This document shows, one piece after another, positions 26,433 through 38,748 of a stretch of DNA of 64,000 nt. The stretch's first letter is position 1; each line of letters begins with the position of its first letter. Position numbers and translations under genes: made by a program. This DNA is from Chrysomallon squamiferum (lineage: Eukaryota > Animalia > Mollusca): assembly GCA_012295275.1 (NCBI GenBank), contig CM022665.1, positions 10,540,001-10,604,000 on the forward strand, written 5' to 3'. The notes below the pieces were generated by a model that had not been told where the DNA came from, ran no database searches, and was given only the letters and a program-made list of their open reading frames with translations.

Positions 26433-26951
26433 TCAGTACAGCGGTTGAGCAACTACGGCATCACCGGCCCCTGGATAGGTGGTGCCTGCATTGTTTCTGT
26501 TCTGTGTTCGGCTGGCTGCTTCAGCATGGAATATTGCTTCCTTCGCCAAATGCTTCTCTCGTAGAATCTGAAGTTTCACTGATCTGGGGACGTCGGGCAC
26601 CAGGTATGAAATCAGCCATGAGAGAAAAGCAACGGCCATCTGGATTCAAAGAATTTAAATAACGTTTTTTTATTAAACAATTATTGTTGTTGATGTTATT
26701 ATTTTTAGTAGTAGTAGTGGTGGTGGTGGTGGTGGTGATTTTGGTGGAGGTGGAGGTGGTGGTAGTTGTGGTTGTGGTGGTACTTATTAATAAAAGAATT
26801 AAAAAAAATAATAATAATAAAAATTGGATAAATGAACTACAGTACTTACCACAAAGATTAGGATGAAGGCTAGTTTTGCACTCATGATGTGCCAGAATGC
26901 CATTGTGTAATTGTATGAAACTGAGTCACGGTAATCCCTATAGCTGGTAAC

Positions 26952-27027
<76 letters not shown>

Positions 27028-29550
27028 TGAGTGTGTAACACACACACACACACACACGTATACATGTACATTATATAGACACCCACACACACACAAACAC
27101 AGATTGTGATGTTATATATTTATTATTCTCCTAATAAGTGTAAATTCTAGACCGATCCATATTTATTATTATTTTACACAATAATGTTTCATATACAAAA
27201 TTATATATATATATATACTGTAATATTTCATATATATTATTAAGAATAAAATATAATGTCTCACATACGCAGTCATACACATAATGTAATGTTACATATT
27301 TAGTAATAATGTAATAATGTTTAACATACGTAATAACATAACATATGCATAGACTGGATAAATAATCATATTACACAAAGAAAATGAACTTTTGTCACTT
27401 ACACTAATATAAAGAATTAACAAACAAAAAAGGTGTTAAAAACTAAAAAAAGGAAATTAAAATAAAAAAAACAAGAATAAACAAGTCTTACTGGCATACA
27501 GTAACGACTCCAAATTCATCTGATTTGTTATTGGAAGGAATGCTCGACTCCTCGAAATCACTGACATTAAACGTGGACAAACTCCATATCATGTAATCCT
27601 TGAGACTTGTGTCGTTGCTGTATCCATATTTGTACACAAGCTTGGGGATGAATTCTGAGGTGAATGCAATGATGCAAGCCTAAACAAAAGAGGGATGAAA
27701 ACAAAAAAAGTAAACAAATAAGTAAAATTTAAATAAAAATTTAGATCATTTTTGTAACGAGTTTGACATTTCAATGCAAAAAATATCTTTATGTAAAATT
27801 TGTGTAGCTCTACACAAGCTCTTGTTTGCTTCTCAAATTATTAGTAAGTTAATTTTATTTTAATTTATTTTACTTTTTAATTCTAATTTTGTGAATAAAA
27901 ATAACCATACACTTGGCAGTACAAAATAAAAAAATAATAATAAATAATAATAATAATAATAATAAATAAATTAATTAATTAATTAAAAAAAAAAAAAAAA
28001 AAAAAAAATACAATGAATACAAATATTAAAATATATAATTTACTTACATTTGAGAAAACTGCAACTGCAGATATACCTTTCAGAATTCCAAACCAGACAC
28101 CTAAATAAGTCATTAAAAATTTTAAAAAAAAGAAGAAAAGTGTAATAAACTACAAAAACAGTTATGCATACATCTGCATTTCTATATCGTGTTATGTCTA
28201 CATGAAAGAAACCAGAAAAATCAATAACTAAAGACCATTCATCAAATATAAAATATAGTGAAACTAATATATTTAATTTTCACTGCATAAAAAGTAAAAA
28301 TAAAGATTCATTTTATTATTAGCTCTATTTAATATACTTAATATTAAACAAAATAAATTACATTGAAAAGATTCTATAAAATATTTAATTTAAATGGTTC
28401 CAGAATTTCTCGTTAATGAACAGTATGAAAAAACACTATAATTAACAGTTTCACATTTGACTAGATTAATAAAAAATAAAAAAAACTCTTTAAAAAATGA
28501 ACTAATTAAACATGTTTTTTTTTCACAAGAATATTTCTTATTTTATTCATTATTTACTGGCTTCATGCAAAGATAAATTGAGAAAAATAAAGAAAATCCC
28601 TATTAAAGATGATCAAAAGTGCAAAATATTTGCAAATACCAACTAATAAAAAACTGCTCAGTCTCATAAAAAGTACAAAATACCTATGTGGGGGGAAAAA
28701 TAAAAAATAAAAAAAATAAAAATGAACACAATGGTTGGACTATATTTTCTCACCTCATTTTGCAAATTCCCTTCAAACAAATTAATTAATTAAGGAATGT
28801 TTTTTTAGTTGCAAAAACTGCAAACTTTCACAAGACATACATAATGTCTAGAAGCCAATTTCATTGCATAACAACTAACATACTGTAGCCATAAAGCATA
28901 TTTTGAACCAATTAGGAAAATGTCATGGGGGAAAAAAAAAAAAAAAAAAAAAAAAGGTGAGTGGCTAAATATTAAAGCCATATGAAGATGTTTTTAAATG
29001 GATCAAAATATATTTTGATGGATATTAGACAATCTACCTCAAAAATGAAATCTGAGGAGGTTTGCTTCCTGAAAAGTTTACATATTTATAACCTTGTATC
29101 ATTACTGCTTCTTCTTTTGAAAAACCAAAAAGCAGTCAAGTGTATGTTAAATGAAATTTCTTCAGATATAAATTAAAATCTTACCAATATCTTGTGCCTT
29201 GACAGCAACTGGTCTTTTCCATGCTGTGACAAACTTGTAAGCATCCAGTCGTATTTCAATGATGTTATTAAGCAGAGCAAATACTGGTGCCAGCGGAAAT
29301 GCAGCAACAAAGATAGTCACAAAACCAAACTGCAATACTGGAAAAAACCAACAACCCAATTATATTTGAGAAAACTGTAAAATAAAGACATTAATCATGT
29401 CTAAACTATGAGTCTGAAAATAAAATTAACTGTGACTAAATGTAAAAATAAAAATAAAAGTATAAATGTAAAATATAAATTTTGAAGATACACACACACA
29501 CACCACCCACCCACAAACATATAAACATATATATATATGCATACATATAT

Positions 29551-29586
<36 letters not shown>

Positions 29587-29853
29587 CACACACACAAAAA
29601 ATGAATCTCATAATAAAGATATTTAAAATATCAAAATATTCATCAGCCAAACTGTAACAAAACCTACCCATCTCCAGATATTCATCAAACAATCCCAGAG
29701 GTGGCATTTCAGACATGTTGTAATCTTCTTCCCACTGGGGCAGATTCCTTTTCTCTTCTGAAGACACTTTCCTAGCTTTAAACCAGTTCTTTAGTTTCCT
29801 TTTATATAAAAATAATTTTAATATGTTTAATAAAAAAGTAATCATTTCACTGA

Positions 29854-29896
<43 letters not shown>

Positions 29897-29974
29897 CCTT
29901 AGCTCTTGAACAAGTTCTTCAGCTTCCTTTTTTAAGAAAATATTTTAAAAAGTAATTATTTATTATATATGTGT

Positions 29975-30027
<53 letters not shown>

Positions 30028-31165
30028 TTGACAATAGATACAACACCTAACTATCCTGTGAAATGGCAATGTTTAATCATAAAATTATTTACTTTATTAT
30101 GATTATATGGTATTTAGAAGATGTTTTCGCACAGATCCATTCTTAGAGTTTATAAAAGACACTTACGGCAAAATAAGTTCCACAAAGTTATTGAAGGCTT
30201 GTTTACCAACCATGACAATACCCAACTGAATACAGAGCTCTATAAGACAGCCAGCTGGATCACACTGTAGAAATCCAAGTATAAAACAAAATCATCATAA
30301 CACATTCGTTTTATAATTTCATCAATCAAAAAGCATGAGCAAACAACATGACTGTTTCTAGTAAAAATTTAAAAAAATTAAAGTTATGGAGATAACTGTT
30401 TTCTCCGTTCATCTATTTATTAACCCTGAATAATAAAAAACAGAGCAAGAACAACAAAAAAACAAAACATTAATTAATAAAAACACTTGTTATGTACCTG
30501 GTGAAGAAATCCTAATTATTTTTGACTGTTAATGCTTTTTTTAAGTCAATTTTTATTTTAAAAATACTATTGATTTTAATAACGCTTTCTGAAAATACAT
30601 TGCTACTACTTGGATGCATGTTTATGTATGACATTTCTCTTTCATTATCACTCCATCAGAGACTCAGCAACCTGGATCTGTGAGATCTGTGATACTTCTA
30701 GTTAAAAACAATACAATAGCACAGTTGATATTCATACCTCTTCCTGTCTGCTGTCCATAATATCACGATTGTAATTTCCTGGTCTTCCAATAAGTCTGAA
30801 AATTAAATATATATAAATTAAAGAACATAAACTAAAACTGAGATATCTGTTATGAAAATTACAATCCTTCCCTCCTGCAAAAAAAACAAAAAAACAATAC
30901 AACAGAAAAAAATAGGTCCAATATACATTTTGTGCCAAATTTTTGGTTAATACACATATTTATAAGCACCGAGGATGTATTAATTATGATCCTGAACAAT
31001 GCATTTGTAACTTGTATTTTTGAGATATCTCTATGAAGTTACTGTGAACAGCTTTAACACAGAGAAAATGAAGTATGTTTTAATCTAACTCAGTTAACAA
31101 AACTTCCATACATGTTAACTGTTGCACAGAATGCTGAAAAAGTGTATTTTAAAAAAATAATTAAA

Positions 31166-31205
<40 letters not shown>

Positions 31206-32376
31206 TAAATAAATAAATAACAATAATAAAAATAAAGTAATAAATAGTATTAATATCAACATTGTTATTTTAAAATCTTTTCTACTCAAAATACACCAAA
31301 ATACATAAATAATGAACACACAGCATATGCAAGAATCTTGCACCTTTCAGATGTCAGCATTCTTTTGTTAAGGTTGTTAACAAAATTCTGATATGGTTCA
31401 ATAAAGCAATAAAATAAAAAACAAAACAATACCTGATTTACATATTCATTAATACAGTCACTATTCTTTTTCATGGCCTCTTTCCATCTGTCAATGAGCT
31501 TTTTAACTAACCAGATATTTAAATCTTTAAATCTAATTAGATATTTACTTTTGAAAAACAGACAGATCTTTCACTACAACCTGATACATGCACATCTGTA
31601 TATTAAGATAAATGTATTTCTGTACAGGACTCACTTTCCCTTGAAGAAGGCAATGTAAAACAAAGATGCATAGTGATTGACGAACTGGAAGAGAAACATC
31701 TTGAGCGTAAAACTGTCCTCCCATTCTGTCTGTGTTCTGTGAGTTTCTGTGAAATGAAAAATTAACAGTTCAGTTGTTGTTTGATTACGAATCAGAACAA
31801 AAATAAAACAGTCAACAGTTGAATGAAATTTAACAGGAAAATGTTAATTCACTACTTATTGTCGTTCTATGGGCATAGTAATGATAAGAATGGAAAAGAG
31901 TAAAATAAATTAATATAAATATAAAGAGCTGATTTAGTTATGATATTTCAAACTGTATAAAATACAATTAATAATAATTGTATGTAAAATACAAAATATT
32001 TATCTCAGAAATGTTGTAAAATTTACAATCAAAAGTTAATTTGTTTTAAAACGTTTATAACAAATGGTAGATGAAACTGGAAAGATTCTACCACCCTGTA
32101 TAATATGACAATAAAAAAAACATATAATCAAATAAAATATAGATATTTTATTATATATGATTAAATGACAAAGATGTAAGGTCACTGAAAATATTTTGTT
32201 TTTGAAACTTACCAAAGTTTGTAAGTGTCTGAGCTATAATCAGATAAACCTGAAATCAAAACAAAATTAATTAAAAATAAACTGAAGTAAAATGGACTGA
32301 TAAAAACAGACCAAAATAGCAAATCAGTACTCATGCACTTTCTCTCGCAGTCTCTCTTTTACATGAACATACCCAG

Positions 32377-32444
<68 letters not shown>

Positions 32445-33347
32445 CTGCACTTACTCTCTATGCCCCAAAGCAGAAGCATAACACACATACCTACTTCATA
32501 TACAAACCTCTCCTTTCAAAAATAACTAACACAGACACTTACTTTTCCAAGAAGGATGATGATGACCAAGTTGATGATGGCTGCCGTCACTGATGTTATT
32601 ATGGAGGCTTTCTGGGCAATGTCTTCCTGACTGACACTAAACAGCAGAGCTGACACTGTGATTCTGTACACAATTACACCAAACACAGCTGCAACTACCA
32701 CACACAGCTGAAAAATAAAAATAATAATAACAGTAATAATGACAACAGTATAATACTAATAGAAATAATAATAATAGTAATAAAAATAATAAATTAATAA
32801 TAAAATAATACTAATTTTTTTAATTAATAATAACAATAATAAAATTAATAATACAAATTTTGGACACTGGATATGTAGCATCCACCATCTGTCCTCCAAT
32901 ACACATATTCGATAATTTTCCACAAGTTTTACATACTTATCTTAGTGACGAAAGCTTCATGCAGGGTTACAATAAATCTACGCATTTTGATCATCAAGCT
33001 GATCCGTATTTAAAACCAAAGTAATTAAATGAATGGATCCAAGAACAAATGTCAATGCAAATGTCATCTCATCTTCACTGAACATTAAATAATAAAATAA
33101 ATGTTTACCATGAACAGAATAACCCAGAGTGAAGATGTGACGCGACATATTCGACTGGCCAAAGGCAGATACGGCTCTTCACGCTGAAACAAATGAAAGA
33201 CGACAGTTAATTTGATGTTATGTGAAGTCGGCAACTCCACTATGCTTGTAAGTATTTCAATCCTTTGTTTGTAACAAATTAATTTCTGTCAATTTACAAA
33301 TATTTTATTACTAATAACTAGTAATAAAATGACAGAAATTAAAGTTA

Positions 33348-33379
<32 letters not shown>

Positions 33380-33444
33380 ATTCATTTTCTAAAATCCAAC
33401 AAAAATATTTTGGATTCTTTATTCTATCTTTAATTTAAGCTTCA

Positions 33445-33482
<38 letters not shown>

Positions 33483-34995
33483 AAAAAAAAAAAAAAAAAA
33501 TCAATTGATGTATATTTTAAATAAGTTTTCAAGACTGCATAATTCAAACCAAACATTAAAATAAATATTAGAGTACATCAATATAAACAGACTTTAGATT
33601 GCAATACTACTTAGTTCCACTGACTGTGGTTCTATCAAGCAAAAACATTTTTATATTTTTTATATTTAATAAACACTCTTAGATTTTGATGACTCTGCTC
33701 TCACAGATTTTTTAAAATTATTTGTGAAGTGTTCAGAAGGTATATTATCACAACCGAACAAGGTAGAATGGTTTTAATCCAACCTTCACCATCCTTCAAA
33801 TGCCTGCCAAACATCAAACTACACAGCTCTTTAACATTTGAACCCCTCAAGGCAAAACAAATTTGTTCCTCTGAGGCTGTGAGATGTTTGTATTTTTTAT
33901 GTAGATAATTTACAAGGATACATTTTAAAATTAAAAAAAAAAGAAAAAAAAAAAGAAAAACAAAATGTACCATTTATACTATCAATCAGTCTTAGACACA
34001 TTTTTAAAAACAATAGTAATAAAAACAATAAACATTATTATAAAAATCATATTTTAGTCAGATTAATGATCTAATTATGAATCTTCCAGCTATTAATATT
34101 CAACATCCCTGAAAAATGTAACCATCTATATAAAAAATATAAAAATTTAAAATATAAAAATTAAAAAATAAGAGTTGCCAGCAGTAAAAAACATTAAAAT
34201 ACAATTTCAATATATATTTTATTATTGTTAAATTTAAAAGTCAAAGGCAAACTAGTTAATATAAATTAGATATCTACTGAATAAATAACAACCTGAAAAA
34301 ACATAACTGCTAATTTTACATTTAAAAATAAACCTACATGCATTTGCATTTGAAAATATAACTATTAATAACTGTTTATAAAAATATATGTATTATGTAC
34401 TACATGTACCTAATAATTGTTATTAGTACAGCATGTAAAAAAATATATAGTAATAACTACTTGTTTGTAAAAATTTAAAAAGTAATTATTTGTAGCTGCT
34501 TTTAAAAATGTAACTACTCATGACTAGATATAAATATATAACTAAGAATAATTGTATAAAAATATACTCACAGTTACATGTTAAAATAAAATGAAAAATG
34601 TTATAACTACAATGGATCTAATACCTGCTTCCCAAAAGGCATAAACAAAAAGAATAAACAGAACATTTGATACTTGTGTAAAATGAATGGTTTAAACATG
34701 GCTGTTGTTATAGGGTCATTTTAGCAGAATGACTGCAAGGTCCATGACAAAAGACACACATTCAAAACTAGTAAATTATTCATGGTTATACACCACATAC
34801 ACAAATAAAGTAATAGCATACACAAAAACTTTCAGGTATACAGAATTCCTTCTATGTTTTATTATTCTTTTTTTTTTTTTTCAAGACTTGACAAAAATAA
34901 ATAAATAAATAATAATAATAATAATTAATAAATATTAATTAATAATAATAATGTCAGTAATAATAAGTAAATAAATAAGTACCTATAATTAAACT

Positions 34996-35042
<47 letters not shown>

Positions 35043-36364
35043 TTAATTTTTAGTATTGGTAAACAAACATACACATACTGCAACTGTAAATGTTAGATCA
35101 GATTCCCATCATAAAATGTAAAAATAATAATTAAAAAAAGCAACAACAACAAAAAAAAAGCCTGAGACACGATTATAAAGTTTAATTTAAATCTAAGAAA
35201 GATTATGATCAAATAAGGAGTTTATATTGGCTTTGAAATTGGCAATAAATTTAAAATATTTTTATCATTATGAAGTTCAGCTGTGTGAAGGGATTTTATT
35301 GCCATTATGTCAGACCAATAATGTTAAATTTATTAATAAATTAACTGACAGAATTTAATAAATTTAACTGACAGAAATTTAAACTAGCTGATTGTCTTCA
35401 CTGACAATATGTATGATATTTAAATTAACTAAGCTTTACTGGCAAACTTTTCACTTCCTACTTTCAAATAAAAATAAACCCCAAAAGATATATTCTAATT
35501 ATTTAACTTTTCATTTTTAAACAAAACTAATCTATAAATGATGTTTATGTGTATAAACAGATTTTTGAAATATCTTTATAGGAAAGTATGAAAGCAGTGA
35601 CAGAACTAGCAATTCACACATGATGCAATAAACATTAATACAAATAAAATATTATTTTAGTAACAGATATTTTCAAAAAGGTTTTAAAAAAAGAAAAGAA
35701 AAAGAAAAATTAAAAAATAATTTATGTTTTGAAGCAGTAATTCATACTCTCTTCCCAAATTTCCAAATTAATTATCCTTATTTATTTATCAGGACAAGAT
35801 GAAGTTAATTTAAAAAAAAAAATTTCCATCTCTCTCTTATTCATTTATTTATTTATTTTTGGAAATGTGGGATATGTAATTAAGTGTTAATCTAGCTTTA
35901 AAACAAACCTGAATTTCAAATTCGCTCATACTCTGAAGAAATGAAATCACAAATGTTAATTAAATGAAAATACAGATTTCCAAAAAAAAAAGATAAATAA
36001 ATAAATAAATAATATAATATTATAATAATATAATACAATATAATATAAAAAAAATAAAAATAAAAATAAAATAAAATAAAATATAACATTTAAAAAAAAA
36101 TTATATGGAAATTAGTTTTTCATATTACTGTGGTTCTGTATTAACTAGTTACATACTCTATAGAATAAATATGAATTTAATTTTTTTTTTTTTTTATTAT
36201 TATAAAATCAAACATAAAAAGCATAGATTTCTTTTACACATACAATGAAGAAATGTTTTATTTAACAATATATTTTGTATCTGTGTTTACCTAATGTTGT
36301 ACATAGTTAGGAATCAGACCAAAAATTATTTAGCTATTCTGAAAATTATTTTTAAAAAGAATTT

Positions 36365-36399
<35 letters not shown>

Positions 36400-37543
36400 T
36401 TAACTATTACAAAAGACATTTTGTTTTCAAGTTTCATTTATTATTTCTCATATAAAAAGAATTTTGTTTATTTTCTTTGGCATATTTCATTAAAAATTTA
36501 AATGATCTGGATTCATTGGCCATGGGTTATTTAAAAAAGCATTAAAAAAAAAGTAAATAATAAATAAATAATAAATAAATTAATTAATTAATTAATTAAA
36601 AGAATAATAATAAAAATAAAATTCTTAAAAAGTTTACAATTAATAAACCACAGTAACAAAATGATCAAAATTATTCAAATAAATCAGAACCTTTAGTAAA
36701 CTTCTCAACTTTACAATGCTTTCAATATATGCAACAACATCATAAAATAAATTCACAGTGCTTGTTAAAACTGACATAAAATTTTCAAACAGAAATAATA
36801 ATCTTTAAAAATGCATACAGTGCAATTCATTTTAGAATTTTATAAAATAGCAATACAAAATATTAAATATTTAACAAATTATCCACACAGATTTGACACT
36901 TAGACAGTTTGATAGTTACTTATTTAAACATGAGTTTGTAAAAGCAGCAGGTTACCTGACAGTGTATGACATTGTGTCCTTTCTGAAACACATTGGTTAA
37001 AAAAAAAAAAAAAAAAAAAAGAAATAATAATAATATTTTCACTTGAATTTCTTAACAGGCTTTCTCTGTAAATAAAAAATCACTCTGACTTGCTTCATCT
37101 GAATGACTCTGAATGGGCGAAAAAAACAAAATAATAATAAAGTTGTAATGAACTTTAAAACCTCATATCACACAAACAAAATACATTTTGAACATTTCTA
37201 AAATGTTAAATTATTAAAGACATGGCCATAATTTCAAGTTATTATCCCCAGTAGTTTTTCATGATTACTGGGTCCTCCATTTTCTATTTTTGTTCAATCA
37301 GATGAATGATGAAATTCTTAAATTTTGGAACTGCAATTTTTTTTGTCTAATTCTGATTTTCACAAAGGCTGCTTGAGATAATAACTTAAAAATTTGGCTA
37401 ATAACAGACAATATCCATGTCATTTGATATAATATATACAGGTTTTGAAAAATAAATGTTATATTTATAAATACATATAGAGCTCTTTTATTATATTCTA
37501 ATAATAGAAAGTTATACTGTCATGGTACAAATTGACAGAATAA

Positions 37544-37582
<39 letters not shown>

Positions 37583-38091
37583 ATGACATAAGACTTTCCT
37601 AATAATAAATTATGTCAATAAAACAACAAACCCTTCAAATAATGACCTTTTCTTTTGTTTTCTTAAGTCAGTATACACCCAAAAACAAATTAATGGAAAA
37701 TGGCAGTTTCTCAAGATCATAAAAACTTCTGGTATTATTATATTTTATTATAAGTGTAGAAAAACAAATAAATCATTTGGAATATATGAAATGTACTTAA
37801 ACTAAGTGTTTTGTATCTGCACAGGTAGACCTTAATATTATATATGTTAAAATTTCAAAATTTAATAATCATTAGATGTAATATAGTGAAAACCACAAAA
37901 ACATGATTTCATAACAGACATATTGTACATGATTTTTTAATGATGTAAAATAAAAAAATTATTCATTTTTATTAAAATTCAAAGATGTTCTGGTATAGTA
38001 ATATTTTTAATTTTATTAGTAATGAATTGGGAAATAACAACTTTGAATTTAATGATCACAAACATAAAATAACACAAGCACATGTACATGC

Positions 38092-38134
<43 letters not shown>

Positions 38135-38717
38135 AGTTCATTAACAATAAAACATTTAAACATAAAATTAATAATAATAATATTAAAAAAGATGAGATAA
38201 CAAATAGATTTAGAAACATTGATAAAAAATGTACAGGTTTTATATACAGCAAATCAACTTTTGCTTAAAGAGATACCTATTATTAATAAATATTGCCTAT
38301 ATACATTTTAGACAGGATTTAGACAAATCTGCAGATCTCCACAGAAACTAGTTAGATAAATCTAAATTCAGGTAAAATTACAATATGTAATTAAAATAAT
38401 ACTTAGGATATAGATTTTGAGAGAAAGACAGCTAATTATTTACATACATGTTAAATAATAAAAACTTAGTATTCTAACTTAGATTCAGATAAAAAAAATA
38501 CACTGTTATTATACAAAATATTTAGATTTATTCAGAGATGCTATATTAGATGCTATATTAATGTGTAGAATGAATTAGATGAAATGCTGTTACAAAATTA
38601 GGAACTATTAAAAACACCATAAAAAAGAAAAAAGAAAAAGGAACATACAGAATAGTTTCGAAAAGACCATAAAAAAATACACATATTTATTCACACACCC
38701 ACACCCACACCCACACC

Positions 38718-38748
<31 letters not shown>

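Noticed and set aside
16700-26440. Stop-codon readthrough, SECIS or specific poly(A) sites
   Set aside because: Neither TGA has a readthrough context, no SECIS core was seen, and AATAAA is too frequent to assign.
26396-26662. 88-aa + strand ORF
   Set aside because: It is the antisense shadow of the last anoctamin exon.
37287-37360. C/D-box snoRNA-like ATGATGA...CTGA
   Set aside because: Antisense to the host gene, too short, and no recognisable guide sequence.
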